Assembly: GCF_009914755.1 (NCBI RefSeq)
Contig: NC_060926.1
Length of the DNA: 64,000 nucleotides
Reading direction: 5' to 3' (one strand)
Source of the DNA: the human T2T-CHM13v2.0 reference genome, Homo sapiens
Part shown: piece by piece, positions 44,647 to 58,271 of the stretch
Position numbering within the stretch: the stretch's first letter is position 1
Layout of the letters: each line of letters begins with the position of its first letter
Position numbers and translations under genes: made by a program
Notes under the pieces: generated by a model
Database searches by the model: none
What the model was told of the DNA's origin: nothing
The model's input: the letters and a program-made list of their open reading frames with translations, nothing else

Positions 44647-45037
44647 TACAGGTACTCCTCCACATACCACGGGGATGGATACAGGTACTCCTCCACATAC
44701 CACGGGGATGGATACAGGTACTCCTCCACATACCACGGAGATGGATACAGGTACTCCTCCACATACCATGGGGATGGATACAGGTACTTCTCCACATACC
44801 ACGGGGATGGATACAGGTACTCCTCCACATAACACGGGGATGGATACAGGTACTCCTCCACATACCACGGGGATGGATACAGGTACTCCTCCACATACCA
44901 CGGGGATGGATACAGGTGCTCCTCCACATACCACGGGGATGGATACAGGTGCTCCTCCATATACCACGGGGATGGATACAGGTGCTCCTCCACATACCAT
45001 GGGGATGGATACAGGTACTCCTCCACATACCATGGGG
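44647..45037. repeat. 33-bp minisatellite TACAGGTACTCCTCCACATACCACGGGGATGGA, about 11.8 copies
   Basis: Exact 33-bp period from 44647 to 45010. Confidence 0.97.
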
Positions 45038-45374
45038 TCAGCATCCCCATAAAGCCATCTTAAGTTGAAAATACCATATCTTGAAAATATTTTAAGTCAA
45101 AAATTCATTTAATACTTGTACTGACTCAATATCATAGCTTAGCCTAGCCCACCTTCAATGCACTCAGAACACTTACATCAGCCTACAGCTGGGCAGAGTC
45201 AACTTACACAAGGCCTAGTTACACAAAAGTGTTGAATATCTCATGTAATTTATTGAATACTCTATGAAAGTGAAAAAGAATGGTTGCATGGATACTCAAA
45301 GCACCATTTCTACCAAGTGTGTATTGCTCTTGCACCACTGTAAGATCGAAAAATTGTAAGTTGAGGACCATCTG
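45012..45374 (+). mobile_element. MER47A-like TcMar-Tigger non-autonomous element
   Basis: About 360 bp: CATAGCTTAGCCTAGCC..CTCAGAACACTTACAT.AGCCTACAG..GTGTTGAATATCTCATGTAATTTATTGAATAC..GTAAGTTGAGGACCATCTG followed by TA. Confidence 0.85.
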
Positions 45375-46084
45375 TATACCTAACACTACTGAACCATACA
45401 CCTGAAGATGGGTGAGATGGTAAATTCCATGCCATATGTTAATATTTTACCACAACTACAAAAACAAACAGAACAGAACAGAACCCAGGTCCGGTGTGCT
45501 CAGGCCTGGACTGCCCCTTTCCCCTTATGCCACTACTCCGGGTTTTCCTTTGCTGCACAAACAGGGCTGCTGGTCACCGGGCAAACACGCCCAGAGCCCT
45601 GTGACACACAGGGAGGTCCCCTTTCCTCCTTGGAGGTCGCCGAAGCCAGCAGTTCAGAGAGTTCTGATGGTGCCTTTTAGTAAAACGGAGGAATATCAAC
45701 ATTTCCGTGTAGCTCAGCCAGCCCATGGCAGGGCTCCAGCAGGAGCCGCCCCTGGCATGCTGACATTTCAATCTCTGCATACACGTGAATACTGATACCC
45801 GGGGCTGGAGCCTGGGGCCTTTCCCATCAAGCTGTGGCCCTGCAGGCTAGGTGGAGCACAGGCAGCTGGAGTCATTTCCATCATGCCTGGACTTCTGTGG
45901 GCCCTCCAGGGACCTGGGATCCTGAAAGAGGAGGCTGCTGAGCCCTGGGGCAAGGGTGGGTGGCAACCAGGTGGGAGGGAAGTGAGAGGCATACAGCTTT
46001 CCAGAGAAGGGAGCTTCTAGCATTGCAAATTCTCCGAGTAACATGGGCCTGTAAGCTGTGATTTTACTCACTGACGTGGCCTGT

Positions 46085-46735
46085 GGCCCAAGATTCCAAC
46101 AGCCTGCACCCAGTATTCTTGCACCCCAATATTCATCAGCCTGTACCCCAAGATTCCATCAGCCTGCCCCCAATACTCCATCAGCCTGCCCCCCCAAGAT
46201 TCCATCAACGTGCACTCCAAGATTCCATCAATGTGCACCCCAAGATTCCATCAATCTGCCAAGAGTCCATCAGCCTGAACCCCAAGATTCCATCAACCTG
46301 CCCCCAAGATTCCATCAGCCTGCACTCCAACATTCCATCAGCCTGTGCCCCCAAATTCGACCAGCCTGCACCCCAAAATTCCATCAGCCTGCACCCAATA
46401 TTCCATCAGCCTGCGCTCCAATATTCCATCAGCCTGTGCCCCAAAATTCTATCAGCCCGCCCCCAATATTCCATCAGCCTGTACCCCAAGATCCCATCAG
46501 CTTGCATCACAAAATTCCATCAGCCTGGCCCCAATATTTCATCAGCCTGTACCCCAAGATTCCATCAGCCTGCACCCCAAGATCCCATCAGCCTGCATCC
46601 CAAAATTCCATCAGCCTGCATCCCAAAATTCCATCAGCCTGTACCCCAAGATTCCATCAGCCTGCACCCCAAGATCCCATCAGCCTGCACCCCAATATTC
46701 CATCAGCCTGTGCCCCCAAGTTTCCATCAGCTTGT
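46085..46735. repeat. Diverged 22-23-bp minisatellite CCCCAA(G/A/T)ATTCCATCAGCCTG(C/T)A, roughly 28 copies
   Basis: Seen directly; open frames 46058..46843 and 46083..46838 are by-products. Confidence 0.93.
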
Positions 46736-47324
46736 CAAGGCCAGAGCATGCATTTCAATATACTCTCCACTCTGTGCCAGGGACCCTGGGGAAGAGGCTC
46801 CCTTTTGGAGAAAAGAAACAGGGAAGGGTGGAAATTGAGGTGAGGCTGGCAAGAGAGTAGACAGAGGTGTGTGGGTGAGGGTCTAGCAGCAGAAATTTGT
46901 GCCTGGCATTTGGGAAGGGGCGTCATGGGGCGGGGTCCTGCTTCCCACCTCAGTGGCTCCTAAGCTCTAAGCCCTCCCCCATGGAAAAAGGGGCAGGACA
47001 GAGATCTTGGTGGAGGGCTGTCCTCTGACCCTAACATACAATGCAACCAGAGGCTGGGGAGTGGGAGGGAACAGCATTCATCTGGCACCTGGTATTTGCT
47101 GCTTAAATCAAAGGGGCAAACTCTCAGCAGGAGGAAAGCTAAAGCACCAGGCTCCGCAGAGGCAGCTCTGAACCAGTGCCGTCCCTGGAGTGCAGAAATG
47201 CTCACGTGAGAGGACGAAATTGTTTTCGTTTGTGTCAGGTTAGCGAAACATACAAACCCTTACTCATAGGTCAAATGGGCAGGGTTTTTACAAAATTTTT
47301 AAACATTTTATTAATGGTGAAAGG

Positions 47325-47500
47325 TTTGGGAAAGTAGACACTTTTTTGGAGGGCATTTTGGCATGATCTGTCAAAATTTTAAAGCTAGCATTCTTGTTTC
47401 CAGGAATAGAGCCTGAAGATCTGCTTGCACAAGGACATGGAGTTGTGTGCACAAGGACGTTCACGCGGAGTTCTTTGTAACAATCAAACCTGGACAGGAC
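47325..47500 (+). mobile_element. L1ME-like fragment
   Basis: CACTTTTTTGGAGGGCATTTTGGCA..TCCAGGAATA..CAAGGACGTTCAC..TTTGTAACAATCAAACCTGGA. Confidence 0.55.
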
Positions 47501-47730
47501 ACCAGGTGGCACGTGCAGGAACAGGCTCAATGGGGAGGGTGAGGCGGCTCTGTGACACCCTGGGCTTCTGTGCACCTAACAAGGAACGCCCTGTCTGCTG
47601 GGCCCTGGGTGATCCTGGTGAGCAGCTGAGGCCCCTGTCCTCATGCTGGGTTCTGGGAGACACTGAGATCCATGTGTATAAATAGGGGTGCTTTTCAGTT
47701 CCAGAGAAGACGGGAACTGCCTGCCTTTGA

Positions 47731-48097
<367 letters not shown>

Positions 48098-49031
48098 AAT
48101 TTTTCTCTTTAAACCCATTTACATTGTTTGAATTTTCTACCTGAGCAGGAATTTCTTTAATAATTAAAAAAAATCTTCCTTAACATTTAAGGGTCAGAGT
48201 CACCTATTACTGAACATGCCATTATTCCTGTAATCTGCATACCCCTTTGTTCATTCTGTGTTTGAGATGGATTTGAGGCGCAGGTGTGATTTTCGTAGAA
48301 AGTGGCATATAGGGCAGCAGAAAGGAAACCATTGTAAATCTCCCCAAAGGGTATGGCCTTCACATCGTACATGTGATGTGTGTATCTTCCCCTCCACCTC
48401 CTCAAGGAAGCTGAGGGACGCTGAGTGTAATGGGTGCCGTCAGCCTTGGAGACGGGTCCCATCCCAGGTCTTCACTCCCCGCAGAGGGACCGACTGCACA
48501 ATCTGACTGCACAGAACGGGCCTCTCCTAAGATAATCTAACTGCATGTATTTCTTTTTAAATGAAGCAAACAAAAATGAATGAGGTTGATGGGGTTTTTT
48601 GGGAATGTTCTCATGCATCTTTGGTGCAGGCATTCACCAGGAGCCACCGTGCCAAATGCCATCCTCTTTCCCCCAATGACGCCTGCCTGTGAATTTCGGG
48701 TGAAATAAGTAACTACATCTAAAGACCCTCATGTGCATGTCTTAAATGAAAATCTATATCTTACTGTGGATTCTAGTTTCAAAAACGGAAAACTGCTGTG
48801 GTCATCTATAGATGGGGCTGAGGGAGGCTGGGCTCCCTAATGTAAGTTTAAGATGTTTCAACACTGTCCCCAAACCCTTGAATTTTGTTAGGTTGGTACG
48901 ATAGTTTTCAGCCTTTTCTTTCTAAACACAGGTGACGGGAGAAGCTGGCACCTGCTGCCGTCATAACCAGCCGTGCCAGTCGGCTCTCGGCGGCACCATC
49001 CCAGCCAGGGTCCCGCAGACGCGGCCACTCA

Positions 49032-49280
<249 letters not shown>

Positions 49281-50624
49281 TTATTGTCTGGCCACCGTCG
49301 CCTGGTGGCTTCTGTAACAAAGTCAGAATAACCCGGCATGAAGAAGAAAAAAACAACCATGCCCTCCTGGCTGGGCAAAAGGAAAAGAAAAAAGAGAAAG
49401 AAAGAAAAGTCACTAAAAGACACCACCTAGTGGAACACTGAACTGTTTCCCCTGCGCAGAAGGCCTGACCCATTGCAGATGGAAGGATTTTCTGGAACAA
49501 AGTGTATGTGCCTGGTGGGACTGATGGGTTCAGCACACAAAAGACCACGCAGGCACATGCAGCTACACAAGCGTGTGTTTAAAAGATACCACTTTGGGAC
49601 AGAACCATGGCTTTTCAGGTGGAAAAAATGCAACGTCAATAAGATGTCGTGGCATTATTTTTAAAGAGGCTGTTTCGTGCTTTTCTCAAGAGCTAGAAGA
49701 CATTTATTTGTCTGGCCGTATCTTCTGGAGGCCTTAAAATGCCCTTCCAGCTAGAGAAGATCCTAAGCTGCAGAGACGTCTCATGAAGTCTCCTGGAATC
49801 GGGCTGACACAGGGACACGGGACAGGTGTGTTCCTGGGAACTTGTGAATGGCAGGACCAAGACACACACCAGGGCAGCAAAGGCGCCTGAAGGAGGCAGG
49901 GCCTGGCCTAAGCGCTCCTCATGTGTCCTGAGCAGTGAGTTTGCCTGCATTGTTTTTATTAACAGAAAAGTTTGCATTCCTCAGAATTTGCATTACCTAT
50001 TTATTTTGACAAATCTTAATTTATTTGAATAATTTATGCTTTAATTCATTTTTATTTTGTTTTAATTAAAACTTTTTTCTGGGGATGTGAAGTGAGGCTT
50101 ACTGTGTGGGTTTTTGGGGCCCAGGCATGGCTGGCGTGGGATGGGGACAAACACCCCCTTGGGCAGCCCAGCGGTAGTCACAGGCTCCAAGCTCAGTGTC
50201 CACTGCAGCCCCAAGCCCTGCCTTAGAGCAAGGCAGGGTATAACTAAACTATTTTTATAAGCCAGAATACCAGTGAAACATCCGCTTGTGATGTTGTATT
50301 TAGTACCTTCAGGAGCATTCACCAATCTGCCATTCCCAAGAATTCAGCTGCTTTTCCCACCAAGAGGAGAGGGAAGGCTTGTTTTTGGGGATTTGGGTTA
50401 CATGGAACCTCAGATTGATGGATATCAGCTTATTGCTGGACAGCCCATGTAACTTTTCAGCCAATCAGCAGATGTGCTTTGGTTTGGGTCTAAGTTATCT
50501 GACCTTGCATTTGTGGAAATCTCAAAGAATGGCCACTAAGACCCGCTGTCTCTTTTTCTTGTTGACATATACTTGCTTTGCTTGAATGCCTCGTCCCCAC
50601 ATGGCAGCCCTGCTATGGTTCTCA

Positions 50625-51294
<670 letters not shown>

Positions 51295-52750
51295 CAGTGA
51301 GCTTTCTTAACCGACGAGGCTGTGACTTGATTCTCTCCAAAACCTGTGCTTCTGGGCACAAAGTCAAAATTCAGGAGGAGAGTTCTTTCCCTGTGTCCTC
51401 TCCAAGGCTCTAGGCACCGTCAGTCCCCTTTCAAGAAAGTTGGGAGACTGGGGTGGGCTAGGATGCTGTGAACGGGAGAGAAACTGGTCCACCGGGAGGG
51501 AGCAGAAGCAGTCGGGAGTCACCAGGAAAGACGCTGGGGGAGGTTTTGTTGACAGAGAGCGCGGGAGCGAGCGCACACGGATGCGTGCATGTCGGGGGTG
51601 AACATGGCAGAAAAAAGCAGCCTCCCAGCCCCATTCTTGGGTACTCTGTCTCTCACAGCAGCTTCCCAAGCACTTCCATCTCAGGTTCGTGTCTTGGGAG
51701 ACAGTGATGGGCTAGTGACTTATTCCAGGCTTCGGGTTGTGCCTGCAGACGGGAGAGTGGGAGCTGGACACGCCTATTTTATTTAATTTTCAACCTCTTG
51801 GGTACAGAGGCTTTGGACATGTTTGTAAAGGGAATTTTTTCAGCTGGAACAGAAACATACACACACATACACATCACATAAAATAATACATAAAACAAAT
51901 GGGATTTTTGGAAAAGAATTGAAGAACCAGAAATTGGGCAATCTCCTGCCATGCTATTGGGTCTTGTGGAAATCGCGGGCCCGGCGCTGGCACACGGGTG
52001 GGTCCAGGTGGGAGGCCACTCTTCTCCCTGGCTTTCCTGAGCTCGGGGATAGTTTTCTTGGTCAGTTCTGATTCTTGGAAACACGCAGATTCCCAGGAGG
52101 AAGTGCTCACTCCCCTAAAGGGAGGCTCCATCCTGCCTCCCAGGCCTTGGCCATCCTCCTCCCTGTTCAGGTGGGGGCAGCACCTCAGCACAGGCGGGTG
52201 TGGGAAGGTTCGGGAAGGTTCGGGTTTCGTGTCTGGGCAGAAAGGAGGTTGTCAGGGCCCCACAGCGCCTTCACTCCCAGGCCCCTGCTGCCCCACCTCC
52301 TGGAGCCAGCGGGGAATCCTCCTGCTCCTTCCCCTGTCTCGCTCTTCACAGGAAGAGGAAAGAGGCGGCGAGGCGAGGGCACCTGAGCTCGCTGCCTGCT
52401 GGGGCCTTTCTTCTCCCCGCCCTCTTAAAGGAGGGAATCTGGAAAGAGGGGCCCGCCTGTGCTTCCCCCGACCTTTCCTTCCTCCCTTGGCCTCCTCCGC
52501 CCCCGCCCCACCCTCTGGCTCCTGACCTGCCTGCAGGTCGCTGGGGCTCTGAGGCCGGCGTGGGTTGACCTCACGTCCACCCCTGCACCCCACTGACCGC
52601 TGCACAACTGCGCGGATGCCCCAAAATTAGACTCATCGTCCACGTCACCAACCCAAAGCCCCAGTCCAGCAGACCGGGTGCGTCCTTGCTGAGTTTTGCT
52701 TCCCTCAGGTTCCGTTGATGTCACACCCAAGGCCTCTCCTCGTCTGTCCA

Positions 52751-52832
52751 GCTTCCGCTTCCAGGCGCTTCCGCTTCCAGGCGCTTCCGCTTCCAGGCGC
52801 TTCCGCTTCCAGGCGCTTCCGCTTCCAGGCGC
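52751..52832. repeat. 16-bp tandem repeat GCTTCCGCTTCCAGGC, 5 perfect copies
   Basis: Seen directly, inside a CpG-rich stretch. Confidence 0.95.
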
Positions 52833-53256
52833 GCGGTGCTAGTACCGGCCCCCGGGCTGGGAACACCTCCAGGCCAGCGCTTTAGCATCATCCGAGGCTC
52901 TCCGCTTCCTCAGGGGGACCCGAGTTCTTCCACGCGACTCGTAGGCCCCGCCATCCTCGCTGGGCTCTCCCTGCAACCCTTGCCGCCATCCTTCGGGCTG
53001 GCCGATGTCCCTGCCTTGTCTGTGGCTCGTTCCCAGCTGCGTGGCCTCTGCATCCTGCAAGAAGCCTGGGCCTGGCTGTCCTCACAGTGCGGCCGCTGCA
53101 GGCTCACACGGTTCTCTCCTCTACAGGCTCCTCTGAGAGGCGATGCCTGGGAGTGTAAACCATGCGAGTGTTCCTCTGCGGTTCCCCAATTCCTAGCCCG
53201 ACGCCTTGCACAGAGCGGGTCATTCAATGCATGAATGAAGAAAAGAGGAACCAAGG

Positions 53257-53557
53257 GGGGAATTACGGTATCCTACCCAGGGAGAGTTACTACGGTATCC
53301 TACCCAGGGAGAATTACTATGATGTCCTACCCAGGGAGAATTACGGTGTCCTTCCTAGGGAGAATTACGATATCCTACCCAGGGAGAATTAAAGTGTCTT
53401 ACCCAGGGAGAATTACGGAGTCCTACCCAGGGAGAGTTACTGCGGTATCCTACCCAGGGAGAATTACTATGGTGTCCTTCCTAGGGAGAATTACGGTATC
53501 CTACCCAGGGAGAATTAAAGTGTCTTACCCAGGGAGAATTACGGAGTCCTACCCAGG
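53257..53557. repeat. 24/27-bp minisatellite GGGAGAATTACGGTATCCTACCCA, about 12 copies
   Basis: Seen directly; gives the SYPGRITV pseudo-ORF. Confidence 0.93.
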
Positions 53558-54844
53558 ATCCCATCTCCCCAGATGTAGGATTGCTGTGGGGGAAGCCGAG
53601 CCCCTGACTCCACCACAGAGGCCGAGCTCCTGTAGGCCCTGCCCCCTGCCCTGTCCCTGAGTCACTCCCTGTGGACTTGGGAGCCAGGGACAGCTCTGGG
53701 CCACCATGGAGGCCTGGGCTGGGGGCAAAACTAAACCAAACAGAACAAATCTGCAACAAGATTTGGCTCCGACAATGCGGTGGCCTCCAGGAAGCCTTGG
53801 CCTTGGCACAGGGCTGCTCTAGACTCCTAGAATGCCTGCTCTGGGGCTCAGGAGCTCTCATCTGAAAGCCATGTCTGTTGGTGAGAAGAGGCCCTGTGGT
53901 CTCTTCTGGGGCACTAGCCCAGGGCACCTGTGAGAAGCCTGTGCTTGGAGGGGTGTGGTCTTTACCTGCCCCCACTCACTTGGTGGGCAGCTCGGCACCT
54001 GTGCCCCACGGGGTCCTCTCTTCCACACGCCGTAGCCCAGGGCCTCTGTTCCATCCCTAGCACAGCAGGACCTAGCTTCCCCTTCAGCACTGAACACCCC
54101 CAGGAGTCCAGGGCCCCCCGCAGCACCCTGTTCTCACTGTAGCATCTTAATGCATGGCTGGAACCTTTATACTGCTTACTTCTTGCTACTTTTCATGCTT
54201 GATGAAAACAAGGGAACGTTTCCCTACCCACCAACTAAGCACTAGAACTCTAGGAGCAATGGAATTAGAACTTGTTCAGTATTTAAAACTTCCCTTTTTG
54301 GCTTATAACATAGGATGGAAAGCCAGTACTTGCTATGGACCCCAGAGTGGAGATTCTCTACAGAATGACTATTTGTGAGAAGGATCTGAGCGGCCACTTC
54401 CAGGTATTGCGCCAAGGGAGAGAAGGAAGAGGCGATGCTATGTATAGGCTGTGCAGACCTGGCCCGAGTGTCTGTGCTTCGGCTTCCTTGTCTGTATTTT
54501 GGGGCAGAAATACCTGCATCATCGGCTGTGAAAACTGGAAGTGATAACATGATACATACAATGCTGGGCACAGAGAAGGAGCTCTGTGATTTTAGATCCT
54601 GACTTTCACCTTTATCTGCACTTGTGATCCCTTCTTTAGGGCCCAGATTTGAACCTAACAAAAAGTCGCTCCCCCTCGTCTTCTCCTTCCAAATTTTAGA
54701 AACATAGGGGTTCATTTGCAGGCCCTTCCCGAGCCCTGGAGGGAGGGGAGCAATCCCTCCTTTCCTGGGCATTGGAGCTACAGCTCCATGCTCTGCTCAG
54801 GGCTCACATCCACAGTTCATTTCTTAGGATTTGGATCCATCTTC

Positions 54845-55145
54845 CTTTTTTTTTTTTTTTTTTGAGACAGAGTCTCTCGCTCTGCTGCCCAGGCTGGAGT
54901 GCAGGGGCATGACCTTGGCTCGCTGAAGCCTCCGCCTCCCAGATTCAAACGATTCTCCTGCCTCGGCCTCCTGAGTAGCTGGGATTACAGACTTGCACTA
55001 CTACACCTGGATAATTTTTGTATTTTTAGTAGAGATGACGTTTCATCATGTTAGCTGATCTCGAACTCCTGGCCTCAAGCGATCTGCCTGCCTCAGACTT
55101 CCACAGTGCTGGGATTACAGGCGTGAGCTACCACCGCACCCAGCC
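54845..55145 (-). mobile_element. Older Alu (AluSz/Jb-like)
   Basis: Poly(T) and two arms; TSD CCATCTTCC. Confidence 0.9.
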
Positions 55146-57400
55146 ACCATCTTCCATTTTTAAAAGTGTCGTTTTCTTTTCGTGAATGAGTTGGAACAGC
55201 TCATCTGCTGGTGACTCTGGAAGCTGTTTTTCTCCTCTCACCTTCCTCCTTTGCTCACCTGAATATATCATAAGAATCCCAAAGTTAATGTGTTTAGACA
55301 GAATCTAAGGCCCACTCCTCCTGGTGGGCTTCTTTATACCGGATGATGATGTCCCCCGGCTGCTTGCTGCATCCCAGGCCCTCCCTCTTTAGCGCCTGCC
55401 TTCTTCCCCAGGGGCCCCTCCCACTCCTGGCCCTGCTGGTCACGGCCCCATTGCTGCTCTCCTCACCTGCACCAGCTCTTCTCTCGGCTGCCACTGTCAC
55501 CATCCAAGTGCGCTTTTGACACCTGCCGTCTCTCAGCAGCCCGCTGTCTAGGCTAAAAGCTAAGCCTGCACTTGGGTGAATACCCGTTTTCCAGCAAATA
55601 AAATTTTACCCCCTTATACTGAATTCAACGGGACTCCTAAAGCAAGTTCCGTTTGTAGCTGCTCCCATAGGCTTAGACCTGAAACTGTTGCCAAACTGAA
55701 TTATTCACTGTCAAATGTGCATTGATGTTGGTGTTATAAGACGTTCTGTAATACTGGTCCTTTGCTTGGAATATCCTTCTCTGCATGACCTCCTAGAGAC
55801 CCTCACCATCCCTCATGCAGTGGCTCAGCGTCGCCTCCTCTCTCCTGGGCTCCAACCCACCCTGCCTTGTCAGAATTCAGACATGACTTACTCATTATCT
55901 TTAGGCTTTGATAAGTACATACATATTTGAAAAGTATCTTTCAGGTCAGATTCCCACCCTAGTGCCATCCCGACCTGGAGGCCTCAAGGCCACTGCCCTG
56001 AGGTGCGCCCTCCTGGAACCCATCTCAGTTTCCCTTAATTGTGCAGGAATGCGTGAGAGTGCGCCAGGCTGGTTAGCTTTTATGTCTTTCCTCATAATTA
56101 CCTGTACCTCGAGGCTAGGAACACCTTAGTTATCACTGTTCCTTAGCCTCGGGGACAGACTACGTACTCAAATAGGTATTTACTAATTTACTAGGTTTCT
56201 GGAATTCCACGCTGGCATTTGGGATTATGTTTAAATGATTAATAATTTCCTAGACAGAAACTGTTTTCCACAATTCACAGGGGCTTGTCATATGTCCACA
56301 TCTTTATCTGGAACTTTGTAAACGATGGAAACGCTGTAAGGGAGAGCTCTGTGTTCTCTGGGGGAGGGAAAGGCTGGGGGTGAGCACACGGACAGAGCAT
56401 ACGGACAGCTCCAGCGAGAAAGGGCCAACAACAGGTGAGTGCAGGATTATGAGAAACTGGAGGATTTGGGATCCCGGGAGACATGTGGTCAAGGGCAGTG
56501 TACCTCGTGGCCCCCAGGCCAAAGTGGTGCTAGGGTGGGTGTCCGGCCCGGAGCCCAGGGGCAGAGCACAGACCTCACTGACCCTCTGGCGAAACAGCTC
56601 TATGCCCCGCATGAGAATGGATCCTGTGACCCTCCGGACCCTCTGACTAAACAGCTTTGCACCCTGTGTGAGGGCAGATACTGACAGGGTTGGACAAGCA
56701 CCACCTTACAAGGTTCCCAAGGCCCCCTGGTGAGGAGCCACCTCTCCGGATTTTGGCAGCGGGACCTGAGACTCTCCAAGGCAGACTTGCTCCTGGCTCT
56801 TCTGCATGACATCAAGCCTGTTTCTTCACTGTCTTCTTCAGGACCTGGTGATGTCTCCATTTCACAGCAGGTAAGGCCTTTGGGATCCCTGTTGAAAGTC
56901 CCCACAGCACACTGGAGTGGCATAGGTAGACACTGTCTGGCCGTTTGACTGCCATGCTGGAGGCTTCGATTTTGCGCATTATTGTAAAAGAGCAGAGTGG
57001 AAGTGCTCCAGGTGAGCACAGGCGCTGACAAGACGGGCAGCTGAGCATCTCTGTGCCCGCGCATCTTCATTTGCAGTCAGGATACCAATAATCTCATAGG
57101 ATGGTGAGATTATAGATGTAAAATACTCACTGTAATTTCTGGTACATAGCAGGTGCCCAGTGAATGTTCTTTTGTGATTAGAGGCCATTCGGGAACCGTA
57201 GAGGCCACAGGGTGTTCTAGTGGGAGTCGGATTCCTGGAGCATCATCATTTGTGGAAAATGTGGACTTGACTTCTGCATTGGAACAACTCCAGGGCCCTT
57301 GGAGCTCTTGCTGCTTGCCTGATCCTATGAAAAACGCATGTGGGACGGCTGCGCAGAGAGAATGAGGAGCACCCCTGGGCAGGCCTGTCTGGCGGGACCT

Positions 57401-57502
57401 GGAGACTACAGGTGAAGGAGAAGGCCTGGGGGTCGGAGAAAAGAGCAAAGGGAGACTACAGGTGAAGAAGTGGGCCTGGGGGGTCGGAAAAAAGAGCAAA
57501 GG
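57401..57502. repeat. Two-copy tandem duplication, about 51 bp
   Basis: GGAGACTACAGGTGAAG..GGCCTGGGGG.TCGGA.AAAAGAGCAAAGGG occurs twice. Confidence 0.8.
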
Positions 57503-58114
57503 GGTCTGGAAAACAGGATTTTGAGGACACACTTAAGAAACAGTCTGTTAGTTTGAAAACAAGAGTATAAAGAGGAGCCCCATGGATGACTGTGAATGAC
57601 ATGGAAGCCTTTGTAGGCATTTGGTCAACAGGGCCTCTGTTCACTGAGGACGGAGAGTCGGCAAAGCAGCGGATAGAGGATTGTTTGATAGAACATCACA
57701 GCCAATAAACATTTGTTGAAATGGACTTAGGGACGTTTTAGATGCTATGTGGAGGCCAGAAAACACCACCGCTAAGAGGCAGGTACAACCCCACCTTCTC
57801 TAGGTGGTTTAGGCACACCTACTTCCTCCAGGGCCATCCTAGGCTCATGGGGCTGCCAGGAGGTGGGACTCGGAGTCAGACGACATGGGCTCCAGTTGCA
57901 GCTCTGCTACTGAATCTCCTGGCCCCTCAGTTTCCTCAAATTCAAAAGTTAATGAAATCGCTAATTCTCAGCGCATCTGTGGAGATGGTGGAGGACAGCT
58001 CCTCACCCAGTTTCCCAGAATGGGCCCAGGAGAAGGCTGGGGCTTGGCCTCAGTTTTCTCTCAGATGGGAGCTGGGAATGCTCTGCAACTGCAGACAGAA
58101 TTGGAGTGTGTGCC

Positions 58115-58271
58115 TTTGTCCTGGGAGCAGGAGGGAGAATTCTACAGACACCACGGAAGCGCGAGGCATTTGTCCTGGGAGCAGGAGGAAGAATTCCAGA
58201 CACCACGGAAGCGCGAGGCGTTTGTCCTGGGAGCAGGAGGGAGAATTCCAGACACCACAGGTGCGCGAGGC
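58115..58271. repeat. Tandem repeat of about 52 bp, 3 copies
   Basis: TTTGTCCTGGGAGCAGGAGG.AGAATTC.AGACACCACGGAAGCGCGAGGC. Confidence 0.9.

Larger units (their letters stand above)
44360..45465 (+). mobile_element. L1MB-like 3' end, split at a TA by MER47A and its minisatellite
   Basis: ATGGAATATTATTCAG..AACCTTGAGGACAT..CACAACAGTGTGAATA on the left resumes at 45375 as TATACCTAACACTACTGAAC..GATGGTAAATT..TATTTTACCACAA. Confidence 0.8.

Noticed and set aside
39064-45037. Regularly spaced repeats as a CRISPR-like array
   Set aside because: Units are head-to-tail with no unique spacers, there are no cas genes, and the context is a primate intron.
44484-46860. Repetitive ORFs (EEYLYPSPWYV; PQDSISL)
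   Set aside because: By-products of the 33-bp and 22-23-bp minisatellites.
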